64,000 nt of DNA. Origin: Candidatus Bipolaricaulota bacterium. Lineage in GTDB: Bacteria; Bipolaricaulota; Bipolaricaulia; UBA7950; UBA9294. Under the pieces are notes generated by a model that ran no database searches, was not told where the DNA came from, and was given only the letters and a program-made list of their open reading frames with translations. How positions within the stretch are numbered: position 1 is the stretch's first letter; each line of letters starts with the position of its first letter. Location of the stretch: the NCBI GenBank assembly GCA_040752575.1, contig JBFMGK010000027.1:110319-174318 (forward strand), read 5' to 3'. Made by a program: the position numbers and the translations under genes. Shown here in pieces: positions 1 to 10,028 of the stretch.

Positions 1-139
1 CCTGAATCTGGAGGCGCGAATTCTCGAGGAACCCGAGAACGAAGAGCGATACGGCGGTCCCGAGCGCGATCACCGCGACGGAGAGCGCTGTCCGCCGCCC
101 GTTACGCCACAGGCTTCGCAGCGGCAGTCGCCACCCCAT
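1..139 (-). CDS. ABC transporter permease, FtsX/MacB-like (N-terminal fragment, runs off window edge)
   Basis: Manual translation from ATG at 139: MGWRLPLRSLWRNGRRTALSVAVIALGTAVSLFVLG, a typical 'R..RT.L...I.G' MacB/LolE-type permease start; overlaps the end of the ATPase gene. Confidence 0.75.
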   Translation of the reverse strand, partial: MGWRLPLRSLWRNGRRTALSVAVIALGTAVSLFVLGFLENSRLQIQ

Positions 140-854
140 CGCCCTCTCCTTCCACCAGACGTCCGTCGAGGATGCGGATCCGGCGCTGTGCGTACCGCGA
201 GACCGCGGGGTCATGGGTCACGACGAGAAACGTCACGCAATGGTCCTCGTTGAGACGGCGCATGAGTTCCATGACCGCGGCGCCCGTCTCGGAGTCCAGG
301 TTTGCCGTCGGCTCATCGGCCAAGACGATCATTGGTCCCGTGACGAGAGCTCGGGCGATGGCCACGCGTTGCCGCTGGCCACCCGAGAGTTCGTTGGGGC
401 GGCGGCGGGCGAAGGCGGTCAGGCCGACCTCCTCGAGGCGCGCGGCGACCCGTTCGCGGCGCGCCGGCCGGGCGACCCGTTGAAGAAGCAGCGGGTATTC
501 CACGTTCTCCGCCGCGCTCAGAACAGGGATCAGGTTGAACGACTGGAAGACCAGGCCGATCTTCGTCTTGCGGAGCTGCGCGAGCTGGCCTTCCGTCAGC
601 GTGCTGGTGGGCTGACCTTCTACATAGACTTCGCCGGTCGTCGGTCGGTCGATCACCGACATGAGGTTAAGGAAGGTCGTCTTTCCGCTTCCGGACGGAC
701 CGTTGATCACGACGAAGTCGCCCTGCGGGGCGGCGAAGTTGACGTCCCGCAGCGCGTAGATCGTCTCCGCACCGAGGACGTAGGTCTTCGTGAGCTGCTG
801 CGCTTCCAGGAAACGCGCGCCGCGAACGTGACAGAACTGGCTCTCTCCGCTCAT
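102..854 (-). CDS. ABC transporter ATP-binding protein (LolD/MacB-like)
   Basis: Walker A GPSGSGKT, IGLVFQSFNL, signature LSGGQRQRVAIARAL, Walker B LADEPT, VTHD; start moved to ATG 854 after GAGGG. Confidence 0.92.
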   Translation of the reverse strand: MSGESQFCHVRGARFLEAQQLTKTYVLGAETIYALRDVNFAAPQGDFVVINGPSGSGKTTFLNLMSVIDRPTTGEVYVEGQPTSTLTEGQLAQLRKTKIGLVFQSFNLIPVLSAAENVEYPLLLQRVARPARRERVAARLEEVGLTAFARRRPNELSGGQRQRVAIARALVTGPMIVLADEPTANLDSETGAAVMELMRRLNEDHCVTFLVVTHDPAVSRYAQRRIRILDGRLVEGEGDGVATAAAKPVA

Positions 855-988
855 GATCCCTTCCCTCTCTGTAGACTCTGACTTTACCCGGACGCTTGGC
901 CGACGCACAAGCTCCCGGCGAAGCCGTTGGGTGATCGCGGACCGGAAGATCGCTATCATCGGCAGCAACCGGACAAGGGAGGACAACG

Positions 989-1996
989 ATGGAGCACCGC
1001 CGACTGGGTTCCACGGGACTCCGCGTCTCGTCTTTGTGCTTCGGCACCATGTCGTTTGGCGACATGGCGAACCCGGGCACATGCGCCTCGCTCTACCGAC
1101 GGGCACGCGAGGCGGGGATCGACGTTTTCGACTGCGCGAATGTCTATTCCGCCGGACGTGCCGAGGAGATCCTCGGGAAGCTCATGGCTGCGGAGCGTCA
1201 GCACGTCGTCGTGACGACCAAAGTGGGGTTCCCCACGGGAGATGGGCCCAACGATCGCGGGCTGTCAAGAAAGCACGTACTGCAGTCTGTGGAGGACAGC
1301 CTGCGGCGGTTGCACACCGATCGCGTCGAGGTTCTCTTCGTGCATACCGTGGACCCGGCGACGCCCGTCGAGGAGACGCTTCGGGCACTCGACCTCCTCG
1401 TGCGGCAAGGGAAGGTCCTCTACCTCGGCGTGAGCAACTGGGCCGCGTGGCAGATCGCTACGGCCCTTGGCGTCTCGCGCTGCGAGGGGTTGGCGGCGTT
1501 CTCGTGCGTCCAGCCGATGTACAACCTCGTCAAGCGGCAGGCGGAGGTCGAGATTCTTCCCCTGGCACGGGCTATGGACCTCGGAGTGCTGAGCTACAGC
1601 CCGCTGGGCGGCGGACTCCTGAGCGGGAAGTACGGCGCGGGCAAGGCGCCGAGCGGCGGCCGGCTGATCGACAACGCGATGTACGCCGCACGCTACGGCG
1701 ATGAAGGTGCGTTCCGGGGTGCCGATGCGCTGGGCCAGTTCGCGAACGAACTCCAGGTGCATCCGGCGACGCTTGCCGTGGCGTGGGTCGCCGCCCATCC
1801 CGCGGTCACGGCGCCGATCCTTGGCGCAAGGAACGTCGAGCAGCTCGAGCCCGCGCTTGCTGCCGCCGAGTTCCCGATGACCGGCGAGCTCTATGCGAAG
1901 CTCGCCGCACTGACACCGGAGCCGCCCCCGCCCACGGATCGCAGCGAGGAACGCCGGGGCGTTGCGTATGGGGGAAGCGCGGAGAAGTACAAGTAG
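989..1996 (+). CDS. Aldo/keto reductase
   Basis: [54 protein letters not shown] motifs; SD GGAGG. Confidence 0.92.
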   Translation: MEHRRLGSTGLRVSSLCFGTMSFGDMANPGTCASLYRRAREAGIDVFDCANVYSAGRAEEILGKLMAAERQHVVVTTKVGFPTGDGPNDRGLSRKHVLQSVEDSLRRLHTDRVEVLFVHTVDPATPVEETLRALDLLVRQGKVLYLGVSNWAAWQIATALGVSRCEGLAAFSCVQPMYNLVKRQAEVEILPLARAMDLGVLSYSPLGGGLLSGKYGAGKAPSGGRLIDNAMYAARYGDEGAFRGADALGQFANELQVHPATLAVAWVAAHPAVTAPILGARNVEQLEPALAAAEFPMTGELYAKLAALTPEPPPPTDRSEERRGVAYGGSAEKYK

Positions 1997-2010
1997 CGTT
2001 CGGGAGCGCC

Positions 2011-3525
2011 ATGGGCGTCGTCATCCTCGACTTCGGCTCGCAGACCACTCGGCTGATCGCGCGACGCGTGCGCGAGCTGGGAGCCTACTCGATCCTTCTC
2101 CCCGGCACTTCGCCCCTCGAACAGGTCCTGTCCGAGCACCCCGAGGCGGTGATCCTGTCCGGCGGGCCACGGTCGGCGTTCGAGCCCGCGGCGCCGAAGC
2201 CCGACCCGCGGCTTGTCGAGGCGGGGATACCCCTCCTGGGGATCTGCTACGGGATGCAGATCCTGGTGCAGTCTGCTGGGGGCGACGTGCGCGACCTCGG
2301 CCGACGCTCCTACGGGGCGGATCGCCTCCTCGCGACGCAAGGGCCTCTCTTTCGCGGCATCGAGGCCGGCGAGCGGGTCTGGATGAGCCATTCAACGGCG
2401 GTGGCGGCGCTCCCCGAAGGCTGGGTCGCGCTTGCGGCAACGAGCGCCAATCCCCACGCGGCGGTTGCGTCACCTGACGGACGCGCGCTGGGAGTGCAGT
2501 TTCACCCAGAGGTGATGCACACTCCCAGTGGAACGACGCTTCTCGCGAACTTCCTCGAGCTTGCCGGTGTGCCACGGGACTGGACGGCCGAGGCGTCGCT
2601 CGACCGTGCGTTGGCGTCGCTGCGCGCCGTGTCCGGCGGGGGCCGCGTGCTCGTGGGGGTGTCCGGCGGCGTCGACTCCTCAGCGCTTGCGCTCCTGCTG
2701 GCAAAGGCGAAGATCGATCACCTTGCCGTTTTCGTCGACCACGGACTGCTGCGAGAGGGAGAGAGAGACGAAGTGGAGGCGGCGCTCCGCACGCTGGGTG
2801 TACGGCTGGAGGTCGTCGAGGCCTCGCGACGTTTTCTTGTGGCGCTTCACGGCGTTGAGGATCCGGAGGCGAAGAGGAGGATCATCGGCCGCGAGTTCGT
2901 CGCGGTGTTCCGCGACGTCGCCCAGGCACGGGGCCCGTTCCGGTTTCTGGCGCAAGGGACGCTCTATCCTGACGTGATCGAGTCGGCGGGCGGCGAGGGG
3001 ACGGAGAACATCAAGAGTCACCACAACGTGGGCGGCCTTCCGACGGATCTCGGTTTCGAGTTGGTCGAGCCATTTCGCACGTTGTTCAAGGATGAGGTGC
3101 GCGAGGTCGCGCGGCTGCTCGGCCTTCCCGACGCGATTCGTCTCCGTCACCCGTTCCCGGGGCCCGGTCTGGCTGTCAGGATCCTTGGCCCCGTGACCGA
3201 AGAGCGGTTGCAGACCGCCCGTCGCGCCGATGCGATCTTCATCGAGACCCTGCGGCAGCGCGGCGTCTACGACGACGTCTGGCAAGCTCTGGCGGTTCTG
3301 ACGCCGATCCGCAGCGTGGGCGTGGCCGGTGACGAACGGCGCTACGGCTATGTTGTCGGCCTGCGGGCGGTGACGAGCGTCGACGCGATGACCGCCGATT
3401 GGGCTCGACTCCCCTACGATGTGCTCGACGAAGCCGCACAGCGCATCACGCGGGAGATCCCCGAGGTGGGCCGTGTCGTCTATGACGTGACGAGCAAGCC
3501 TCCCGGGACCATCGAGTGGGAATAG
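2011..3525 (+). CDS. guaA: GMP synthase (glutamine-hydrolysing)
   Basis: [60 protein letters not shown], terminal KPPGTIEWE. Confidence 0.97.
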   Translation: MGVVILDFGSQTTRLIARRVRELGAYSILLPGTSPLEQVLSEHPEAVILSGGPRSAFEPAAPKPDPRLVEAGIPLLGICYGMQILVQSAGGDVRDLGRRSYGADRLLATQGPLFRGIEAGERVWMSHSTAVAALPEGWVALAATSANPHAAVASPDGRALGVQFHPEVMHTPSGTTLLANFLELAGVPRDWTAEASLDRALASLRAVSGGGRVLVGVSGGVDSSALALLLAKAKIDHLAVFVDHGLLREGERDEVEAALRTLGVRLEVVEASRRFLVALHGVEDPEAKRRIIGREFVAVFRDVAQARGPFRFLAQGTLYPDVIESAGGEGTENIKSHHNVGGLPTDLGFELVEPFRTLFKDEVREVARLLGLPDAIRLRHPFPGPGLAVRILGPVTEERLQTARRADAIFIETLRQRGVYDDVWQALAVLTPIRSVGVAGDERRYGYVVGLRAVTSVDAMTADWARLPYDVLDEAAQRITREIPEVGRVVYDVTSKPPGTIEWE

Positions 3526-3656
3526 CGCTGCGACGGGACTGCGGCGGGAGCAACGTCCTTCCTCCCTGGCTGGAAGAGCGAGACCGCAGGAAAGATCGCC
3601 ACATGGTCAGCGGGAAAAGCCTTCCAGTCCAGCTGGAGTACGCCGGGGGGCCGTAG

Positions 3657-5591
3657 ATGCGGTTGCGGGCGCAGATGCTGCTCGGGACGGCAGCGATCAG
3701 TGCCGTCGTGGTCGTGACGCTGCTGGGCATCGTGGCGCCGCGCCTCGAGCAGTCCTTTGCCGCCCTCGAGTACGGGGCCGTGCGACAGGACCTCGCGCGG
3801 GCGACGAACGCAATCCGCGCCGAATTAGCAGCGCTGCAAGGAACCGCCGAGGACTGGGGGGCGTGGGACGACACGGTCGCGTTTGTCCGCGGCCAGGCTC
3901 CTGACTACGTCGAGCAGAACCTCATGCCGTGGTCGATGGAGAATCTGCGACTCGACTTCATGGTCTTCTACGATGAGGCAGGGCGTCGCGTCCTTGCTCG
4001 CGGATTCGACGCCGCAGAGGCCGCGATCGCCGAGGTCGGCGAGCCGACCCTTAGCGCACTCGGACGCGTTCTCGAATCCCTACGCGCCGAAGCGATCGAG
4101 AGCGCGGCGGAGCTGGTGGATCTCGGCGGGGAGTTCGCCCTTGTTGCGTTCACGCCGATTCTAGACAGCGAGCAACGTGGGCCGAGTGCAGGAACCGTCG
4201 CGCTCGGGCGTCTCTTGACGGTGGGGAGTCTTGCCGACCTTGCGTCCCAGGTGCAGCTTCCGCTGTCGATCCGTTCGTTGGAATCCGACGTCGTTCCGCC
4301 GTCCGCCGGCGACCAACTGGCACGCGAGGGTTTCGCCGTCGCGCCGCTCGACGAGCGGGTGATCGCGGGCTACGCGCTCTGGCCGACGAGGACCGGTGCC
4401 CCTGCTGTCGTGAGTTTCGCCACGCCTCGGACCATATTCCAAACCGGGCAGCGAACGGTGCGAGTCCTGATGGCGAGCCTTCTTGCCATCCTCGTGGCGA
4501 CCGCCGTCGGCTTCCTGCTCTTCCTGCGTTCGAGAATCCTCTCGCGCACCTCGGGCTTGGCTGCGGAGGTTGGGAAGATCGCCGCGTCCGGCGATCGCAG
4601 CGGGCGCGTCAGTGTCTCCGGCCAGGACGAGCTGGCCGACCTTGGACGCCAGATCAACGGGATGCTCCGTGCCCTTGAGGCATCGAACGCCGCCCTCGAG
4701 CGGAGCGAGGGGCGGTACCGCAATCTCTTCGAGTCATCGCGCGATCCCATCTACATCACAACTGCCGACGGGGCGTTCGTCGACGTCAACCGGGCGCTGC
4801 TTGACCTATTCGGCTACGCCAAAGAGGAACTGAAGACGCTCTCGGCGGCTTCGCTCTACGCGCGCGTCGAAGACCGCGAGGCGTTTCGCGCCTTGATCGA
4901 CGAGAAGGGGTTCGTCGCGAACTACCCCGTGAGTCTCCGGAAGAAGGATGGAACTCACGTCGAGTGCCTGCTGACGACGATCGCTGAGGAGGCTCCAGGC
5001 GGTTCCGGACGACACTATCAGGGGATCCTCCGCGATGTCACCGAGATCCTCCGCCATCAGGAACGGCTCACGTACCTCGCGACGCATGACCCGCTCACCG
5101 GGTTGCTGACGCGAGGTGCGCTCGATGACGTCCTCCAGCTTGAGATCGCGCGTGCGATGCGCAATCTGGAACGACTGGCCGTGTTCTACCTCGACCTCGA
5201 TCGATTCAAGGCGATCAACGACACGCACGGGCACGCCGCAGGCGACCGTCTCCTTCAGGATGTTGCGCAGCGTCTCCGGGCGTCGCTTCGCGCAAGCGAT
5301 GCGGTCGCGAGGCTTGGCGGCGACGAGTTCGTAGCGCTTCTTCCCGGCATCGACTCGCCGCGCGATGCGGAGATCGCAGCGGAGAAGGTGGTACGGGCCT
5401 TGCGCGACGCGTTCCGCATCGATGGGGAAAAGCTAGACCTCTCGGTCAGCATCGGGATCGCGCTGTGCCCTGACGACGGAGAGAGCCCGATCCGCCTCCT
5501 CCAGAGGGCCGACGCCGCGATGTACTCGGTGAAGGGATTGGGGCGCAACGGCTGGAAGCGATGCAGCGCTTCAGACGGCTCGCCCTCATGA
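3657..5591 (+). CDS. Membrane diguanylate cyclase (CHASE4-HAMP-PAS-GGDEF)
   Basis: N-terminal TM, CHASE4-like DWGAWDD, second TM, HAMP DELADLGRQINGML, PAS, HDPLTGL, DLDRFKAIND, intact RLGGDEF with RxxD I-site (RASD). Confidence 0.92.
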   Translation: MRLRAQMLLGTAAISAVVVVTLLGIVAPRLEQSFAALEYGAVRQDLARATNAIRAELAALQGTAEDWGAWDDTVAFVRGQAPDYVEQNLMPWSMENLRLDFMVFYDEAGRRVLARGFDAAEAAIAEVGEPTLSALGRVLESLRAEAIESAAELVDLGGEFALVAFTPILDSEQRGPSAGTVALGRLLTVGSLADLASQVQLPLSIRSLESDVVPPSAGDQLAREGFAVAPLDERVIAGYALWPTRTGAPAVVSFATPRTIFQTGQRTVRVLMASLLAILVATAVGFLLFLRSRILSRTSGLAAEVGKIAASGDRSGRVSVSGQDELADLGRQINGMLRALEASNAALERSEGRYRNLFESSRDPIYITTADGAFVDVNRALLDLFGYAKEELKTLSAASLYARVEDREAFRALIDEKGFVANYPVSLRKKDGTHVECLLTTIAEEAPGGSGRHYQGILRDVTEILRHQERLTYLATHDPLTGLLTRGALDDVLQLEIARAMRNLERLAVFYLDLDRFKAINDTHGHAAGDRLLQDVAQRLRASLRASDAVARLGGDEFVALLPGIDSPRDAEIAAEKVVRALRDAFRIDGEKLDLSVSIGIALCPDDGESPIRLLQRADAAMYSVKGLGRNGWKRCSASDGSPS

Positions 5592-6851
5592 AGCCGGGTC
5601 GCGCGCCAGCGCTGCGGCGAGCGCGGCGGCCAACACGGACGACGAATCACGTCGGCGTTCGAGTCGCCGCTTCTCGCGGCGAAGGGCCCGGAATCCGAAC
5701 GGCGAGTGGGCCTCGAGCCGGCGGACGCAGTCCGGCGTGAACTGCCGTGGCGCCGCGGCGACCGCGCCGAGGATGATCTGGAGACTGGCTCCCCGTAGGA
5801 GATCTGCCAGCGCCGCGGCGGCAGGCGCCTCGTTGGGGCGAAGCTGCTCAAGGACCCAGGCGCGGAAGTGCAGAAGCCGGAAGACCAGCCGATCGAGCGG
5901 CCAGCGACCGAGGAGTTGGGAGAACACGGTCAGCATTCCGCAACGCGCGTCTTCTGCCGCATCCTGCAGATCGTCGGCCAGCTGGAGGAGAGCGCCGAGG
6001 CTGAAGAAAAGCGAGACGTTTGCTTGGGAGAGGTCGCCGGCCACGAGGTAGCCGTCGGCGAGAACCGAGGCCCCGCCCTTCTCGAGACTGATGCCGAGGA
6101 CGTCGATGCCATATGGAGGCTCGTCGCGTTCCAGGAGCGACAGACTCCGTGCCTGAGCTGAGTGGATCACGGCAAGGCTCTCGTAGACGCGGGGGACCTC
6201 GGCCCGCACGTGCTCGGACTCGACCTCGGCGACGAGACGCCAGAGGTCGGTCTCGACCTGGCTCTCGGGGGGCAGAGGGTCGCCGGCCAGACGTCGGCCG
6301 AAGCGCTCGCCAAGACGCACCTTGTCGAGCTCACGAACCGTGGGATCGTCGAGCAGATTGTCCGTGAGCGGGTACAGCATGCTGTACGCGAAGACCGACG
6401 GAGTGACCCGGAGCGGCAGCCCAAGCATGACTTGAAGCCCGTTCATGGTCCAGACGTTTCGGCTGGCCTGGAAGATCTCGTCGAGCGGCATCGAGGGCGC
6501 GAACTCGCGCGCCCGCCGAGCGAACTCGGTCGCGCAGGTCGCGAAGCCCCCGTGGAGAAGAAGGTCCACGTGTGCGTCGCTCGCGCCGAGCGACGCGCGA
6601 GCGAATGCCCTGCCGGAGAGAGAGAGGCGTCTCTCTGCAGCGCGACGCTCGTCGACCGTCGTCGGCGGATGCTGGGCCTCTTCGAGCAACTCGTCGACCA
6701 GGAGCCGCAGTTCGCGCTCCCGGCGTCGCTGCTCGCAGCGCGCATACGTTCGGGGTAGCTCCGGAAGGCGTGATGTCCCGCGCCACCAAGCCTCCGCGCA
6801 CGCGGCGGCGCACTCTTGCGATAGGCGCCCCACGGGGGTGTTCTCAACCAT
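5586..6851 (-). CDS. Uncharacterised class I isoprenoid/terpenoid-synthase-fold protein
   Basis: Asp-rich motifs LYPLTDNLLDD and LLQLADDLQD, EKGG between them; SD GGAGG before ATG 6851. Confidence 0.6.
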   Translation of the reverse strand: MVENTPVGRLSQECAAACAEAWWRGTSRLPELPRTYARCEQRRRERELRLLVDELLEEAQHPPTTVDERRAAERRLSLSGRAFARASLGASDAHVDLLLHGGFATCATEFARRAREFAPSMPLDEIFQASRNVWTMNGLQVMLGLPLRVTPSVFAYSMLYPLTDNLLDDPTVRELDKVRLGERFGRRLAGDPLPPESQVETDLWRLVAEVESEHVRAEVPRVYESLAVIHSAQARSLSLLERDEPPYGIDVLGISLEKGGASVLADGYLVAGDLSQANVSLFFSLGALLQLADDLQDAAEDARCGMLTVFSQLLGRWPLDRLVFRLLHFRAWVLEQLRPNEAPAAAALADLLRGASLQIILGAVAAAPRQFTPDCVRRLEAHSPFGFRALRREKRRLERRRDSSSVLAAALAAALARDPAS

Positions 6852-7003
6852 CGTCAACCTCCGGCTTGCGACGTTCGCGCGTCGCGACCGGAGTCTAACA
6901 CGACGAGCCAAGGCTGGCGGCACGGGGCAGCCGGGTCTTGCCGCGCGAGATCCCTCTCAGCGTTGCCGTGGCGCGGCGGACCACCCACCGGGGCCTTGGC
7001 GAT

Positions 7004-8029
7004 CTACACCGCATCTCCCACGGAGCCCTCGGGGGGAAGCAACGGTCGATGCGGATGGAGATGGCCAGCTCCCTGGATGCCGACGAAGTAAGGCGCGAAG
7101 TCGACGTTGCCGCCCGAGAGAAGGATCCCCACGCGCTGGCCTGGAACCCGGAGTTTGCCGCAAAGCAGTGGGGCAACGGCAACGGCGGCCGAGGGCTCGA
7201 CGACGAGCTTGGTCCTCTCCCACAGGAATCGCATCGTGGTCCGGATGTCGGCTTCGCTGACCAGGACGATGTCGTCAAGCGACAGGCGGCGGAGGATCGT
7301 GAACGGAAGCTCGCCGAGCGGGGTACGGAGGCCGTCGGCGATCGTGTTCGGTGTGAAGTCCGTGACCCGGCTTCCGGTTTGGAGCGAGCGTGCGGCGTCG
7401 TCGGCTCCCTCGGGCTCGCAGCCGATCACTCTGGCGTGGGGGACTACGTGCCGAGCGGCGAGCAGCGTTCCCGAGAGGAGGCCGCCGCCGCCGACGGGCG
7501 CAAGGATCAGGTCGAGATCCTTCGCCTCTTCGAGAAGCTCGCACGTCGCGGAGGCTTGCCCGGCGACGACGAACGGGTCGTCGTGCGGTGAGATGTAGCA
7601 GGCTCGGGTCTCGTGAGCGATCCGCTCGACGACCTCCCGACGACCGGAGTGCGTGGGGTCGCAGAAGAGGACGCGCGCGCCGTAGTCGCGCGTTGCACCC
7701 ACCTTGGTGGGATTCGAGTCTTTGGGCATGACCAGCGTTGCGGGAATCTCATGAAGGCGCGCCGCGAGAGCGAGAGCTTGGGCATGATTGCCGCTCGAGT
7801 CGGCCACGACGCCGCGGGGACGCTCGTCGGCGGAGAGACCCGCAACGGCGTTCACCGCGCCGCGGAACTTGAACGAACCGGTCCTCTGGAAGTTCTCGCA
7901 CTTGAGGAAGACGCGAGCCCCGCATGCGGCGTCGAGGAGGCTCGACGTGTGGATGGGCGTGCGATGGGCAAACGGGGCGATGCGCCGGCGCGCGGCCTGG
8001 ATTTCCGACCAGTTCGGCGCTAGGGGCAT
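7004..8029 (-). CDS. PLP-dependent serine/threonine dehydratase or racemase family (fold type II, no ACT domain)
   Basis: LKCENFQRTGSFKFRGA, SSGNHAQALA, PVGGGGL, VEPSAA, LSGGNVD. Confidence 0.9.
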   Translation of the reverse strand: MPLAPNWSEIQAARRRIAPFAHRTPIHTSSLLDAACGARVFLKCENFQRTGSFKFRGAVNAVAGLSADERPRGVVADSSGNHAQALALAARLHEIPATLVMPKDSNPTKVGATRDYGARVLFCDPTHSGRREVVERIAHETRACYISPHDDPFVVAGQASATCELLEEAKDLDLILAPVGGGGLLSGTLLAARHVVPHARVIGCEPEGADDAARSLQTGSRVTDFTPNTIADGLRTPLGELPFTILRRLSLDDIVLVSEADIRTTMRFLWERTKLVVEPSAAVAVAPLLCGKLRVPGQRVGILLSGGNVDFAPYFVGIQGAGHLHPHRPLLPPEGSVGDAV

Positions 8030-8577
8030 GCTTCCTCCCGGAAGAACGCATCGCGGTAGAGGCGGAGTTCGGCGATCGACTCGCGTAGGTCATCCAGCGC
8101 GCGGTGGCGCGACGCCTTGTCCAGCTTTGAGGCGATCTCGGGACGCCAACGGCGCGCAAGCTCCTTGATGGAACTTACGTCGACGTTCCGATAGTGGAGA
8201 GCGGCCTCAAGCTTCGGCATGTGACGGATCAGAAACCGGCGGTCGAAGCAGACGGAGTTTCCTGCGAGAGGCGAGGCTCCCGAGATGCAGTGGCGCATCA
8301 CGTAGTCCAGCGTCCGCGCTTCCGCCTCGGCGAGCGCCACCGTCGAGGCACGAGACGCCTCGAGTAGGCCGCTTGCCGCATGCTGGCGCGCACACCACGG
8401 GTCGAGTTGGCCGATCGCGTGCCCCGCCTGGTGGACGACCAGATCGATCCCGTCGCCGAGTTCGTTGAGTTCCTTGTCGGTGACAAGGCAGGCGATCTCG
8501 AGGACGACGCGCGTCTCGGGGTCGAGACCGGTCGTCTCCAGATCGATCCAAACGAGGTGATCCGCCTGTCGCGCCAT
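8020..8577 (-). CDS. orn: Oligoribonuclease (DEDDh)
   Basis: LVWIDLETTGLDP, GNSVCFDRRFL, LHYRNVDVSSIKELARRW, HRALDDLRESIAEL. Confidence 0.93.
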   Translation of the reverse strand: MARQADHLVWIDLETTGLDPETRVVLEIACLVTDKELNELGDGIDLVVHQAGHAIGQLDPWCARQHAASGLLEASRASTVALAEAEARTLDYVMRHCISGASPLAGNSVCFDRRFLIRHMPKLEAALHYRNVDVSSIKELARRWRPEIASKLDKASRHRALDDLRESIAELRLYRDAFFREEACP

Positions 8578-8674
8578 GTCCTGCCCTCCGCGTGGAGCGT
8601 AACGCCGCCGGGGCTTGGCGGCCATGGAAGCGCGGGGGCAGGGCGTCAGCGCGTCCCGCCCCCTGCTTGGGAAC

Positions 8675-9946
8675 CTAGTGCTTCTTTGTCGCAGCCCTGG
8701 CGGCGGGTGGAGTCAGGCCGACGAGCGAGACGACGAGGCCGAGCCCGGCGAGCGCCATGACGGGGACGAAGACCGAGAGGTAGCTTCCGGTGGCGTCTCG
8801 GATCATGCCCGAGAGGATGCTCCCGAGAATGGCTCCGACCCCGTACGCCGTGAACACGATGCCGTAGTTTCTCGCGTAGTGCCGTGTCCCAAAGAAAGTG
8901 GCCGTCGCCGTGGGCGCGATCGCCAGCCACCCGCCGAGATTCAGATACAACAGGACGAAGGCGACGAAGTAGACGGCGCTACTGCCCTTGCCTGCGAAGT
9001 AAACCAGGCCAGCTGCGAGCAGGATCAGGACGAACGAGAGAGCCGCCGCGTAACGAGGGGTCAGCCGATCGGTCAACCAGCCGAAGAGCGGCCTGCCGAT
9101 GGCGTTCGGAATCGCGAAGATCGACACGGCCAGAGTGGCCAGGGTGCTCGTCACGCCGGCGACCTCGAGCCCGAAAGGTTTGGCGATCCCGATCGACATC
9201 AGGCCGGCGAGACAGCCGATGGTGTAGCAGCCCCACAGTGCGTAGAACGTGCCGCGTCTCACCATCTGTCCGCGATCCAGATCGGCAGCGCCCGACGTGC
9301 TGCCTGAGGTCTTGCCCGCCTTGGCCGCCGCAGGTTTGAACCCCTTGGGCGCCCAGCCGGACGGCGGGAAACGCAGGGGGAGGGCGAGGGCGAGGAGGAT
9401 GACGAGGAACACCGCTCCGAGCACCGTGAACGTGCGGACGACGCCGAGTGGGCCGATCAACGCGTCGGCAACGGGGGCGAGGATCAGCGCCGAGAGACCG
9501 AAACCCATCACGGTGAGCCCGACCGCGAGTCCTTTCTTGTCCGGGAACCACTTGCCGGCCACGGCAATCGGGCAACCATACGCAACGCCGACGCCGCCTC
9601 CCGCAAGCACGCCGTAGAAGAGCGTAAGAACCCAGATGTTCGGCGAGAATCCAGACAGGATCCAGCCGGCGCCGACGAGCGATCCGCCCAGCAAGGTCGC
9701 CTTGCGCGGGCCCCACTTCTCGACCAGCGGCCCGGCGAGCGCCATGCCGAGGGCGAAGACCCCCAGGAAGATCATGAAGGGGAAACCGGCTTGCGTGGCC
9801 GTGATCCCCCAAAGCGCCTGCAGCGGCGGCCGGAATACGCTGAACGCGTAGACAGCTCCGAGGCATAGATTGATCAGGAGTCCAACCAGTACGAAGACCC
9901 AACGGCCGGACTCCGGCTTCATCCCGAAAACCCTCTCCTCCGTCAT
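8675..9946 (-). CDS. MFS transporter, OFA/L-lactate-monocarboxylate-like family
   Basis: About 12 hydrophobic segments; LCLGAVYAFSVF, KWFPDKKGLAVG, GRPLFGWLTD, FFGTRHYARNYG motifs. Confidence 0.85.
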   Translation of the reverse strand: MTEERVFGMKPESGRWVFVLVGLLINLCLGAVYAFSVFRPPLQALWGITATQAGFPFMIFLGVFALGMALAGPLVEKWGPRKATLLGGSLVGAGWILSGFSPNIWVLTLFYGVLAGGGVGVAYGCPIAVAGKWFPDKKGLAVGLTVMGFGLSALILAPVADALIGPLGVVRTFTVLGAVFLVILLALALPLRFPPSGWAPKGFKPAAAKAGKTSGSTSGAADLDRGQMVRRGTFYALWGCYTIGCLAGLMSIGIAKPFGLEVAGVTSTLATLAVSIFAIPNAIGRPLFGWLTDRLTPRYAAALSFVLILLAAGLVYFAGKGSSAVYFVAFVLLYLNLGGWLAIAPTATATFFGTRHYARNYGIVFTAYGVGAILGSILSGMIRDATGSYLSVFVPVMALAGLGLVVSLVGLTPPAARAATKKH

Positions 9947-9963
9947 GCCATCCCTCCAAGAAG

Positions 9964-9989
9964 GAGCGGGGACCCGAGGGCCCCCGCTC
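9964..9989 (-). terminator. Intercistronic GC-rich hairpin between acs and the MFS gene (weak terminator or stabiliser)
   Basis: Minus strand GAGCGGGGGCCC-TC-GGGTCCCCGCTC followed by CTTCTT. Confidence 0.4.
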
Positions 9990-10028
9990 GTGCGTTTTTC
10001 TTCTTCCTCCGGGCAGTCCGGCACGGGA

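Noticed and set aside
1783..2010. Apparent N-terminal extension of GuaA (similar ones on acs, glgA, malE, malF, ribF, tldD, rsfS)
   Set aside because: ORF-caller artefacts overlapping neighbouring genes or promoters; better starts exist downstream. The FtsZ extension differs in lying in free space behind its own promoter
3600..3625. GCGGGAAAAGCC resembling the ykkC/guanidine-I riboswitch 3' element
   Set aside because: The upstream conserved core is not visible; kept only as a generic structured-leader candidate
6859..6893. Inverted repeat covering the SD of the isoprenoid-fold gene (possible thermometer)
   Set aside because: The outer arm overlaps the predicted -10 box (TAGACT) and would mostly not be transcribed, leaving the SD free
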